From Balanoglossus misakiensis (lineage: Eukaryota > Animalia > Hemichordata), in contig CM082578.2 of NCBI GenBank assembly GCA_040954595.2, positions 6,681,519 to 6,745,518 of the forward strand: a stretch of 64,000 nucleotides of DNA, read 5' to 3'. Below are positions 28,139 through 48,247 of the stretch, one piece after another. Position 1 is the first letter of the stretch. Each line of letters starts with the position of its first letter. A program made the translations under genes and the position numbers. Below the pieces are notes generated by a model. That model worked only from the letters and a program-made list of their open reading frames with translations. It was not told where the DNA came from and did no database searches.

Positions 28139-28288
28139 AATATTAAGAACTTACTTGGAATAGCGTACCATCGGTGCAGATATTTTTAGCACATGGTTTT
28201 GAGTCAGCAATTCTGGGACAGATAATTTCATATTGTTCGATTGGCTGATTTCGCTTGCCCCATTCCGATGTTTGTATTCATCACTCAT
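24618..28288 (-). CDS. DUS4L: tRNA-dihydrouridine(20a/20b) synthase DUS4-like, multi-exon
   Basis: First in-frame ATG 28288 (second at 28231); APMVRYSK|LAFRTLVRK, DLAFTPMIVSDSF, PLIVQFAANNA, GVDLNCGCPQ, GYGAHLL, SIKIR, ITVHGRT, PVVANGD, MAARGILQNPAMY, FHHHLIQM; TGA at 24618. Confidence 0.95.
28077..28138. repeat. (AAAT)n microsatellite in DUS4L intron 1
   Basis: About 15 perfect AAAT units. Confidence 0.97.
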
Positions 28289-28774
28289 TTGTCCAATCAC
28301 CGGTAAAACTGCCTACACGTGTGTAGATCAGGGTCGCTGTATGGTGGTTGCGTACAGGTGCATTTCACAAAATAGTCATGTTGCCATCGTGGTATCTTCC
28401 TACCGCTACACCTTTTCGCGTGACAGACACCCGGGACAGACACTGCAGCACTTGCAGCTGTTCGTAATACACTGCACTCCCGATCCTAGGCACCAGGCGC
28501 TGAGTACGCGTGTAAACGATGGCGAACACAAATTTCAAACAAACAAATCCAGTTGACATTTCCAGATCGTCGTTCACCAAAGTCAAATTTTAGTTGTCCT
28601 TTTTGTAATCCAAATAAAAAAATATCTTAATTAATCAATTTAAAACATAAAATCTATATGGTGATTTTTCATACAATTTAAATGTAGTAGAAAACGACTT
28701 TTGATTAGATCTTGTTTGTTTTATTACTAGTCGAACTCACGGTTTGCCAATACAAGACTATGCGGATTGCCAAC
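28289..28774. promoter_or_regulatory. Probable bidirectional promoter DUS4L/COG5
   Basis: Start codons 486 bp apart and divergent; CACGTG near 28317, CCAAT motifs near 28293 and 28747. Confidence 0.6.
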
Positions 28775-36277
<7,503 letters not shown>

Positions 36278-38250
36278 GGGAAATAGCGGCGTCTGTATGC
36301 TTTCATCATGAACTGCCTGCGGATTTTAGAGTGACGGAGGATGTGATCTAGAAGACAGGCCATCTTCATGTTGTACTTTGCAGAATCTGCTCCATGCATG
36401 TGACAGTACTGGTGAATTTTGGTTATTGACTTTGAGGAGACTTGGAATATACTGAAAGGTTTAGAAATTTACTGTAATAGGAGAGGGATTATTATTTCAA
36501 GGCAGGTATATCTGTTATCCAGAAGTATGGATTTATTTGGTTGATTTTTGAACCTAAAAGTAACGCATCGATTTCCACCAGGTAGGCTTGGGTATGTCAG
36601 GGCAGGACAGGATACAGTAGAACAGTCATGGAAATCTATTCTGAAATACTTCGTCGTAATTAGAACTCTGAAAAATAGTGCAGACTCACCTAGGAACTAT
36701 TATTTCAATGATAACCTTTGAAGTTGACAGCAAGACTGTAAAAGTACCTGTTGACAGGACTTCAAACACTGTCAGGTCAACATGTCCAAAATATGTGACT
36801 TCTCACGGGCATAATTTCCAGGTGCCCCAAAATATTTGTTGTCAACTAATGTAATCAGACTGCATGCTGAGCAAATCTATTGTCTTGTATGATAAATATT
36901 CATACTGCTTTTCACATCCAATCAACAAAGCCCTGATGAACACTGTTTAAATTGTATGCTCCTTTGCCATCATAAATGTTGGATTTTTAACTCTGGCAGT
37001 AGATCAAATGTCTTCTAATTTGATTTTACTCGGTTTATTCTGGGTATTTTTTTTGGGGGGGGGGGGGGGGAATTAACATGTTTGCCTGCACCAGTACATT
37101 AACTCTTTCCAAAATGTGTATTTATTTCATTGTTTCTGGGTATCAGAACATGTACAGAGATTTTTTAATGTAAGAATATGTCGGTTCCAAGGTTGTATTA
37201 TCATGGGAAGGGTACATCAAGCAGGCTCTTTTTCTAAGAACTTTAAAAAATAAATCATGGAAAGGCAAATGCACCGGTATGTGTGTGTCGTTTCTCTTCC
37301 TCATGCCATTGTATATTTTGCTGCTTACTGGCATCAATATTTTTTCAAAATTCCAGTAACTTGACGAGTCTGTAAACATCACTCGAACACTCCCAGGATA
37401 CCTCAAACTCACAGAAATCACCACACAACAAATTAGCTAAACTACTCATACATTTTTATTCTTGCATTTACATTCACAGATTTTCTTTCACAGTTCAAAG
37501 TTGATTATTTTTGCACACAATTCACAATAATTACTTTATCCTATATGTCAATGACTATTAAAAAAGTGACACGTCTGTGTGTTCATAAATACTCTTACAT
37601 TTAAATAAAAGTATACATTTTTTTTTTCCAAAGGGGTACAGATAGACATCAAAAATTACATGTGATAAAAAATGGCCAGCAATATGTGACATTGAAAAGT
37701 TTAAAAACTACATTCCCTTCACCAGATAGTACATATCTACACGGCACACAACAAGGTCATTGGAATAGACACTATGATGACATAAGCACCGATGGTGACA
37801 TCATAGCTATGACATCATCAGTGAAGACTCCAATGATATCATCGGTGCAGACACTACAAACAGCTCAGATTTACATAGGTCGTTACACACAGCAGAACTA
37901 CACTCTACAGATTCAGTAAAAACATCAGTACACTAAAGCGCTAGAAAACTTTGAACTTCTTGCGGCAGGAGTGCCGCTTGTTAGAGATAAGTGTTTTGCA
38001 GATATTGCACAATGTTCCTTGTAGTTTCAGAACTCAAACACATCAACGGTTCCTCAAAACACACAATGACAGAACATTTTTACACAAACTCCATCACGCT
38101 GGTCACTTAATTGTATTTTTTTTCTCTCTAAATTGTCAGATAAAATACCCTGCTTTACATAAATATTATATAAATTCAACTAATATTATTTTGAGCGATA
38201 AACATATGTATTCATTTTACATTTAATTGGAGAAATAAAAAAAAATATGT

Positions 38251-38583
38251 AATGTTATATTTAAGCAATAAAACACCCCCAGCCATGGTATACCACGAGA
38301 TTTTGACCAGTTCACGACATATACGCACGAGCGATAGCGAGTGTGTATATGGAGTTGAACTGGTCAAAATCGAGTGGTATACCATGGCTGGGGGTGTTTT
38401 ATTGCTATTATATTATGCCAGTATATTGAAACTTTGCATAAAACATTTTAAAAAGGCATTTTCTTTGACTATGATATATGACTGTGGTATATGGCTAATA
38501 TATCACGGTCACATGTCGTGTCTCGACCAATCAAATAGCTTGATTTACACCATCAATATACTGGTATAATATAATATAACATT
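38251..38583. mobile_element. Palindromic non-autonomous element with a 143-bp near-perfect hairpin
   Basis: Ends AATGTTATATT / AATATAACATT; hairpin 38264-38406 (AGCAATAAAACACCCCCAGCCATGGTATACCAC...GTGGTATACCATGGCTGGGGGTGTTTTATTGCT); second inverted pair TATTATATTATGCCAGTATATTGA / TCAATATACTGGTATAATATAATA. Confidence 0.75.
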
Positions 38584-41195
38584 TAATAAGATATGGCTTT
38601 GGTAATAGAAAAAGCTGATAGGGCTCACTGTTCACTGCAGTGTTTGTGACAACACTTTTGAGCATCAATTGCTGCAACCAACTGAGAAATCTATGTTTCA
38701 GATTTTTTTTACAGTTGGCTCTACAATTATGACTGTGATCCTTGATTCTCTGAGCAATGAAAGTAATATTTCCACCAGACTGATGAAGGTATTCACTTTT
38801 TAGTATTATTTACACCACCTGGTAAGCGCTGCTTCAACTGCACACCAACCTCTGCGCCCTATAATCACTGTTTGCTATAAACTGGTGAGCTCAGAATCCA
38901 TGACTACAAAATGGTTGGGCTGTTCATCCCCTTCAAATTTGTGATCATATTTCCCTTCAACTACCAAGCTGTGGTACATTCCTATTGTCGGCATGGCATG
39001 GACTGGCCCATTTTGAGGGGAAATGGGGATGACAGGGTACCCCCACCCCCATAAAAAAATGCCCTTGCTAATGCCTAAACTAAATTCTAAAGCACAGAAC
39101 ATTGACACTACTATAATATACTTGAGAGCCAAAATGCTCAAAATCAAGCTGATAAATTCAAAATTCCCAGGAGCAACTTCTCCGCACAATTACTACTGCC
39201 CTTGCAAAGACACGGTCGATGGATGAACTTCACGTCACCAACTGCAATGCCAATGAAAACTGTCAGCTGTGAGATGGCACGGCCTGTTATGCCTAGTTCA
39301 CTGGTAAACATCTCGTAATTATTATGACCAGGTGTTACGAATTCTAAAATCGCTTCAAGAATCTGCTGGGGATGTGATTATATTGCCTATCAGAACTACC
39401 AAGCAGGTAAATTGAATACCCAATTGCAATTATCTGTACGTATAGTGGTCCAGTAAATTATACAGACCGAGCAAAGAATTCATTCATTCTTTCACAGGGT
39501 CACCAAATGCCCAGTTTTCACTCCACTGGCCATGGATATTTCACTTTACTAAACTGACAGTTAACTGCACAGTAAACGCAGCAACAACCAATGTTTTTTC
39601 TCTCCAAATAAATACAATTAATTATTGCCAACTGTTGGTTTTTCCCAACAAAATGACATTCCAACTACATTTAATGCTGCTTATTAAAGCTTTCCACTGC
39701 AAGTTGATAAGATATGAACAACCCACTTGAGCTGTCCAGCTAAGATTTTTGTGCTCTTTGCGTACAGGCGGACTGTGGTACGGGGTGCCCCTGAGGTCTA
39801 CACGCAGAACTAGAAGCTGGCCACATCAGATGATATCAAACATATGGCAGTATTTACAAATGCATGTATCACTGATACATTCAAAAAAAGCAATAGGCTG
39901 GGGTAAAGTCCACCTTCTCAGGATCTGACAATAATACTTCCTTGTTCCATTTGAAACATTTTTTTCAATGCTATGATTCTAAACCATTCTCTTTGTTTAT
40001 TTGGTTATATGTCTTGCAAATGAACTCAGATCCCTTCACTTTCTTTTGTGACATAATTTTATCTTGCCTGATATCAGCGTAAATGGCTTACTGTAGTTAT
40101 CATGATTTCTACATAAACTCCCAAATTATTTTATCTTTTAATAGGCGGGAACGCATTTTACCAAATTGTTAAGTTTCTGAGTTAATTGACATAAAGCAGC
40201 TGTCTCTTGCCAAACTTGTGATGTCTGATAAACAAATTTACAAACTCTTATTTGTACGTGCATAACTGGAAGCCTATGAAGATTAGCCGCGCAAGGACTG
40301 CATATTTGAGTAGAATTCCGTCAATGTGAACAGAAAGCGGAATCAAAACAACTCCATTAATTGTACATCAAAACTCACTGCTAGCAAGTTCTTCAAATGA
40401 GCCATTGTTCATTTTGCCGAAGGCAGTGGTCTATGAGAGCGAACCTAGACAATTTGCTTTTTCATTTGTGACAACACTGACAGATAAGCAGAAAGGCTGA
40501 CAGATAAACATATACACACACAAATGGCAGGCTATATCAGTGCACAAAAACTGACAGTCAGTTTGAGATGCAACTTGTCACAACAGAAACGACACCCGCC
40601 CGCAGCTGGATTTCCTTAGAGACATAAATCCAGAAAGTACAACAACACAACACAGTGAGTGTTTTCAATGTTCAGCTCCCGGCTTTTACGGGAGCCGACT
40701 CTACAAAGTGAAAATCGTCAATGGGAAGTATTATAATACAGTAAAAAGCCGCCGTGATATCTTGTAGTTTTACAACGATGTGCGTCTAAGTAAATAAAAA
40801 ATGTCTCTATTAAGTAAGAAAAAATGGAATGGTCTCATAATGTAGAGTTTCAGTTGGTTGGCTAAAAAGGTTGTCTTACCTTCCACTTTGGACACGGGAG
40901 AATAGAAATGGAGGTTGATTACGATGAGCTGTTTACTCGGTTCAGACATTTTTGTTGTTGTGATATTTGCATTTCAGTACTGATGGCAGGAAGGCTGTCA
41001 ACATTTCAAGACGCAAGTCCCTGATATCAGTCAAACCGCTGACCCGACATTCAAGGTCAAAGGTCAAACAATGGTACCAGCGTACCACACTGAAAAATAA
41101 TAACAAAAGTCATCAATATCATGGTCTACATGACTGGCATGGGTAGGATGTGTACGACAGCCTGATAAAATAGAATCACAAATTCAATCGTCTAT

Positions 41196-44100
41196 TTAGG
41201 GGTTGTAATGGCACGACGTGACGTTGGGCCCACCCTCCTGTTTGACTTGAAAGGTGTCGGTGAAATTCGGCAGTTGGTGAGCCATGTTAGCCGAGTCCAA
41301 AGGCTGGACGTTGGGACTGTGGCCTGACGTGCCCGGCATCATTGTCCTCTCGTGCATTGGATTGTGAGCCGACGAGACAGGTGGCATGGCTGTCCTGTTC
41401 TGCATGCTGCCGCCCTGCTGCAGGTGATGGTGCAGTGCTGGGTGGCCCGGGTAATTGTCGATGTTCGGAATATGGTCAATGAAGCTGCCGGGCTCAAAGC
41501 CGGAGGCGACCACTGTGGGATGATGGATGCCGTAGCCGCTGTCTGCCGGCTCCTGCTTGATGTGAAATCCCAGGCCGTTGGGTGGTCTTTGAGACTCCTC
41601 AGGCGGCTCCTGCTTCACAAGGGTATTCATGGAAGTCGCCTGGGCGGTCGCCAAGAAGTCCTGGTTGTCGTAGTTGATGGGCTGAAGTTGTGACGACTCC
41701 AGATCCCTCTTCTCCGCCTTGACCAGGGCTCCGGCCCCTCCCTTTGACTTCGACTTGGGGGGAGGTGGGGGTGGTATGATCGGATCCGGGGAGTGGGGGC
41801 GGCCTGTCAGATCATTCCGCAATTTTTTCAACTGGAGGTAGAAGGGCACTTTGTCGGTTGCCCGGGGAAACTGGGAGCATCGAGCACTTGAAGAGGGCAT
41901 CACGAAAACAACCTGATAAACAATGAACAACACAAACGACAGAGGAAATTGGATAGATTAGAATGTATCCAAGCTGGGCACCAAACCCTGTCATATTTTC
42001 TGCCACAAAGTTGTGACATGTGATAAAGAGAACAGGGAGAACCAAAAATCTGTCAAATATAAAACGACGGCTTGAAACGACTAAAAGTGTTATTGTCCTG
42101 TTGCTAAAGTGTGAATTTTTTTGTCTGCACACAGTTGCATTCAGGCAGAAGAATGGACCAAGGTCACGGGCCAAACAATAGAGAAACTCCCTTTGAATCA
42201 TACTGCACTCACTGTCAGACACATCTGTGTTTCTGCTGCCAATGCCTTTGTGTGTTCTCTTTAGACAAACCGTGCCCTCGATCAATACTACATTCATATG
42301 CTTCAAATACAGTGCTAAATGGGAATAGCAATCAAATAAAACGATTTTGTTTCCAACACAAAGGTGCACATAGGATCTTATACCAGAATCCCTATGCAGA
42401 AAATTTATTAAATAGAATTTAAACAAAAAAAGACCCTCCTACCGTATCCGTGCCTTCTATAGGTTCCGGTTGTCTGCCAATTTCAAAGTCCTTTTTACCA
42501 CTGAATATCTCGTAGATGCCTTTGCCATTGAAGCACACAATTTTTGGTGTGTATTTCTTGATCTTCTTCAAGAGCTCTATACCTCCCTCTTTGATTTCTT
42601 TTCTGAAGTTCAGATTTTTGGGGGGAGGGGGGGGGGGGGGGGGCGAACAAAACAAAAATCAATAAGCTTGTGTATCTTGCAAAGCCCATTTTTTTCACTG
42701 AAGATGTTTACAATATAGATAGAAGAAGCTATTTCAACAACCACCATAATGATGAAAAGATAAATACTTAATAGTGTCACAAGAAACATTTTAGAATACA
42801 TCCTCAATAATACACACCCACAAAAAAGATCTATCCCCACATTTTAGCAGTTTTTCACTCATACGATAAATTTTCCACACAAACGAACCTTGTCAAATCA
42901 GCACTTCCTCTGCTGGTCCTCTCGACGATATTAGTAAAGCCAATCCCGAACTCCTTCAGTCTGACATCATCCAGACAGGTCATCGGTTCCGGTATCAATC
43001 CAGACAGATACAGACACTTCCCTGCAAGGTGTAAATTATGTGACGCATCCGGGATGAGAAACTCGCTTTTTGGCATGACAATTTCCCCCCATCCTTTGTT
43101 TTCAGCTACCTGAATAATTACCCGTTTTTAACGAGGGCGTTGGACTTTGATCAGTTTGGGACAGACTGCACAGGCAGCTGACTACCGTAAGTACTGTATT
43201 TCCAAGCAGCACATTGCTATTTATTTATTTCGTGCATATGATAACATATGTGCATGTTTGTGCATTTGCCATCTGTTCATACGTCTGTTCAAAATCCTAG
43301 CCCGACATTTCATCACTGAACAGAGACTTTCCAAAGCCAGACAAGTGGCAAAGTAACAGTGTGTAGCTAGTTGTGTTTTTGCAACTTACAAGTGACCTAA
43401 AGGTGGTATCACAGGTTAAAAGTACCAGCCCTGCTTTCTGTGGTACTCATAATTTACTAAACTTAAACAGTTACTTTTGGGGTTTTTTAGTCAAAGAATA
43501 GTATTGAGTGAGAAATAAACCTACAGAAGTGATTTCCAGGCCCAGCATAGTGATGACCTTTGAAGGCAGCATATAAACCAGGATTGATTCCGACCTGCAA
43601 ATTAATATGAAACACTCAAAGTTATCAAGGGCTGAGAGAGCACACAGGAGGACAACCTGGAGACGAACTTGTGGCTCAATAAATATTCACAACATCATAG
43701 ACACAAATTTATCAAAATATCTTGTATTGTTAAATATTTTCAAATTAATATGATTTGTACTTTCTTATCTGAATGCTTAGTAACTAAAGCCACCTTCATT
43801 ACAAACAGATAGGTGAATCTCATTACCAGCCATAGTAAAGAGACACAGTTACAGCTCCAACAATAAATTGGAATTTTAGGATAAAATATTACAGGGTTGA
43901 TGGAAACATGAACCAAGCAACATTTGTAGATAATTCACCCTGCTTTGACAAACACAAGTAACATAAAATAACAGATGAATACTGTAAAAAGAGATGGACA
44001 CATATTGTCACGAAAAGACACATCATCACAAAGACAAATACGGAGGGGGAAACTCAGAAACTGAGAACCTACGATAGCTATATCAAGGTTGTAGTCTAAG

Positions 44101-45522
44101 TGATCTGGCAGTGTTCTCTTGAGAACCTCCTCTTCGGGCATGCCTTGGAACCTGTCCACTTTCCTCCTCTTCTTGGCCGGAAAGGCGTCTGTTATTTTCT
44201 CCTGCTTGACTTTCTTCTTCCGTCCCTTTGCCGGAGTGTTTGAGACCGTCGGCTGTTGGAGTTGTTGCAGTTGGTGTTGTGGTTGGTACATGGGCTGCAT
44301 CTGCATCATTTGGTGGTGATGTTGTTGTTGTTGTTGATGATGATCATAGTGTTGCTGTTGTTGTTGTTGATGATGATGCTGTTGTTGTTGTTGGTGGTGG
44401 TGGTGGTGATGGTGGGGGTAATCAGGTGGTTCTATTTTGATCATGTGCGGGTCGGGTGGTTCTATCTTCACCATCGGGTGACTAGTGACAAATTCAGAGC
44501 GACATACAATGTAGGTGCAAGAATTATACTCAGATCTTTTGCCTTTTTTATCTTTAGCTGTAATAGTATGCCTGCTTTTGGCACATCAAAAAATATATAT
44601 ATATTTTTGCAGCTACGTACTGCAGTGTATGGCTTCTGAAGAAAAAAAGCTGAAAACTTGGAAAAGAGACATTTGGGGTCACAGTTTAGGGATGCACCAG
44701 TGCCACAGCTGTGTAACTGGAACACGTTACTTTCTTGACGCAGTGACCAAAAAACACTATTATGAGACTTCAGTTTCTACTTAAAGGTCAAGGGTCAAAA
44801 AGCAACATTCCAATTTCCCATGATTCAAATTACATGTATACAACTACATTGTATTATGTAACCCTACAAATGCAATATTTTTGACACTGTTACATTTTTG
44901 ATATTTTGTGGTTCTACATAGTCAAATAGTGTGTGGTTGCCATACATGGTTTGATATATGCAATTACCGGATCATGGTAATTAGGATTTTTTTTTTGTAT
45001 TAGAGACCATTGCTTTGTGTACGTAAAAACATACATCTGTATTCAAAATAACGATTTCTATGTGACACTGATATATTCTTGAAATCCATCACTTCAAACC
45101 ACCATTGTTAATTTGAAAGTGCTTTAATTAAACAGCCGTGTTTGGAATTTTCTATACTAGCCTATTTACTGAGTTCTACAGTACGCTAGCCTATTTACTA
45201 AATGTAAACTAAACCTGAAAATGGTGGTCTTACAGACTTGACTGCTGACGGCTAGAGACATGCACAATTTATTTCACATTTATAAACAGACTCCTTGGTG
45301 GAAAGGCTAGTGACGGTTTTCTTTCAAATGCGTTTTACAGTTGGAGATAATTTGCATATTATTGTTTTTGAAAGGCGATTTAAATGCGTGAATCTCATTT
45401 AGCATACACATTCACACTGTCCTCATTTTGTGTTGTTGCGACTTGCTAATGTTACATACAACGTACGTATATACTTACAAATACGGGCTGGATTGATGGG
45501 GTGGTGGTTGTGGGTAGTCCAT
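41196..45522 (-). CDS. TDG: G/T mismatch-specific thymine DNA glycosylase, multi-exon
   Basis: ATG 45522 ([15 protein letters not shown]|HPMVKIE); [28 protein letters not shown]|[87 protein letters not shown]; TAA at 41196. Confidence 0.96.
44310..44415 (-). repeat. Coding CAA/CAT/CAC trinucleotide repeat encoding poly-His/poly-Gln in TDG
   Basis: [35 protein letters not shown] in the TDG N-terminal exon. Confidence 0.9.
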
Positions 45523-47171
45523 GTCTACCTCAATTCTGCAAAATAAAGAACCAGGAAAAAACCGTTAGCCACATACACGTGTCGATGTTTTAAGGCATTT
45601 AAACAGAACCTTGAACGTGAAACGTACATGCGGTTCACCAACCGTTCGGCTCAAATCCAACCACTTGTAAATTTCGCTTGTGGTTGCCAGAATCATATAA
45701 TTATATTCACACGATGAAAATCTTGAGCGCGGAAAAGATTATTTTAAACGCTGAAAGAAGAAGAAGGTGAATCAGGACAATATACTCTACCGTATTTTGT
45801 GATCTTGAAAGCCAAAACGATCCCTTTTGCGAGAACAATGAAGCTCTCTGCAGATGAAAACCGGTTGTCGAAAATATTTCGGGTCACCGCTAACGGCGCT
45901 ATTTTAAAAGGCTGGCAAATTTGTCGAAGGCTAGCAATTCAGTCTTCTCGTCATTATTGTCGGTTTACTGTGCAGAACTACTTCTTTTCTCGTTTAACAA
46001 AAAATATGCCTCTCCGGAAATGATATTTTCAAAGTATTTTGCCAAGTGGTCTTTGTCTCGCCAGCGCTGACACGGGAAGAGATTGTGCAAACAAACTGTT
46101 CAAACATCCTTTCTCTATGGGCTCGTAGAGGGCTCCATAACAGTGTCAGCTGCCATGCATTCTTGCAGATTCTTGTGCATGGTCCTGGGGACCGACCATC
46201 CTCAGCTCAGTATCCACGGAGAAGGGCTAATATATCAATTTGTACATTTATTGGGTGGTAAAATAAGCGGATATCCGCTCATAATATAAAAACAGCAGTA
46301 TTATTTTCTTTATGAAAGTTTTTGGTCTTTCCAGTATTGAAATGACTCGGGGATAAGTTGGGAGATATTTTCAAGAAAACTTTTACGGTGAAAAGTTCAA
46401 TCAAATTATTAATCATAAACATTACAACAATATTAAGTAGAAAACAGTAACATTACACAGCAGTTTCTACTATTTATATTTGTGAACTGTATATCCCGAC
46501 TTTTAGCAGCTGAAGGAACACAGAGAGGCGCCTGGCAATGATATGCTGTAAAAGTTGCATTGAAAGTTGCGGCACTTGAAGAATGGCTGATATAGTAACA
46601 AATTAGCTTTTGTCCGGGGCTTTTGTACAGGAGAGTTTCCCTAGAACAGAAAACTGGCTACATAGTTGAAAGGGGAAAAAAGTATTGTAGGATTATTTCC
46701 CAATTTCAAATGTCACCAACATTTTATTTCTTACCTATTTAGGAGGTTATTTGTCTGTGATATAATTATTGTAAGTATGTACAAATGTACTATGTATCAA
46801 CTGTATCAAACATATTACAATATTATATTAATGAAAGTAAAACTGATAACTTATAAATTTAATAAAACCATTCAACAAATCAACGCCTTGTGCGCAATTG
46901 CAAACTTTATCATATAACATGAATCCGAAACAGTATTACAAATCCAAACCCGATTTCGTATAACAGACATGCATGACATCATTTGACCTCGACAATACCG
47001 GTTGATCTGACAGAAGTATTGCATGCTCGTACGTGTACACAGTCAATTTTGCCCCTTTTCGGCGAAATTTGGAGATAACATTTTCACGCCAGCGAGTAGC
47101 CAACCTCCAACAGTCGAAAGGAAAAGCTAAATAGTCGATATAACATCGGCTGCCAACCACGTCCAAAGTCG

Positions 47172-48182
47172 ATGACCGAGTGGCAGAGCAGACGACTGCG
47201 TCGTTTGCTGCAGAAGTGGCCAGGCAAGAATTATTTCGGAATCTACAGATTTTTGCCGCTTTTCTTTTTCGCCGGAGCCGGTATAGAATGGATCATGATA
47301 AATGCTAGAATAGCACCTGGTGGAGAAACATTTTGTAAGTGTTGTCGCTTGGTGTTTGACCCGGATCTGGTTCTCTTAGTGGACACGACTATACCCCATG
47401 GCAACGATACCATGGCAATGAGGGTGAGTTAGGGTTAGGGTTAGGAGGGTTAGGGGTGGCAATGTGAGGGTGAATTTAACCCTAACCCTAACCCTCCTAA
47501 CCCTAACCCTAAAAAACCATATTATCGCCCGTGGAGTATAGTCGTGTCCACTAAGAGAACCAGATCCTTTGACCCCCCCCCCCCCTTACTAGATTACATA
47601 CACCCGCATGACCCGGGATGGTACCAAGGTCAGGGCAACGCTTGTATACAGTACATGTGCGTGCGTGCGTGCACACTGTTCAAGTAGTATATTTGCATTA
47701 CTGGCCGATTGATCGATCCACGTCCCTTTATGGACATATCAATATTGAATCACTCATTTATGTAGACTTATGCATAATACCACAATCTGCCTGTGCTATA
47801 TTTTTTTTTATATCAAAGAAATTGAAGCATTTACATCAGTTGCCATAGTAATTAGTAAAATTCTAAACCTGGCATCTTTGTAAAATGTTGAAACTGAGTT
47901 TTATTTCATGAAATCTTGCAAACTGAAACAGGATAAGTGTTGATCTGGTTACATTTTTCAAAATCCAGTGTTGATCCGTGGCAAATTTTGAGAAATGGAA
48001 AACTCCACTCAATAAACAGTAGACAGTAGACTTTCAAAAGAGCGAGGGAAGATACCTTGTTTCTTACATAATAATGGCTAGGTCCTGCAGTTCAGAACCT
48101 CTTTTGTGTTATTTTCCCAGATGATGTACATCGAAGGAAACAAGCAGAAAGATTAGCCGAAGAAAATTCTGTGGATAACTAA
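47172..48182 (+). CDS. UQCC5: UQCC5/SMIM4 (sloth1 homologue), complex III assembly micropeptide, 74 aa; exons 47172-47334 and 48121-48182
   Basis: MTEWQSRRLRRLLQKWPGKNYFGIYRFLPLFFFAGAGIEWIMINARIAPGGETF|YDVHRRKQAERLAEENSVDN*. Family hallmarks PGK..FGIYRFLP.FF..G..EW.MI and ETFYDV.RRK; phase-1 GT-AG intron. Confidence 0.95.
47363..47567. mobile_element. 205-bp non-autonomous TIR element (MITE) with internal inverted telomeric repeats; 8-bp TSD
   Basis: 32-bp perfect TIR GGATCTGGTTCTCTTAGTGGACACGACTATAC / GTATAGTCGTGTCCACTAAGAGAACCAGATCC; direct repeat TTTGACCC at 47355-47362 and 47568-47575; internal TTAGGG and CCCTAA arrays. Lies in the UQCC5 intron. Confidence 0.9.
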
Positions 48183-48247
48183 ACTCAAGAGATCTACTGC
48201 AGTACACAAGTTACACACAGCTTTATACTACAAGAATACACTTCAAG

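Noticed and set aside
41812-42426. 204-aa minus-strand ORF
   Set aside because: Spans a TDG intron and enters the next exon out of frame; no protein-like features.
44119-44639. Hydrophobic poly-Leu/Val ORFs on the plus strand
   Set aside because: Antisense of the TDG poly-Gln/His repeat.
47428-47512. Telomere-telomere fusion site or telomerase RNA template
   Set aside because: The arrays are tiny and enclosed by perfect TIRs and an 8-bp TSD, which a transposon insertion explains better.
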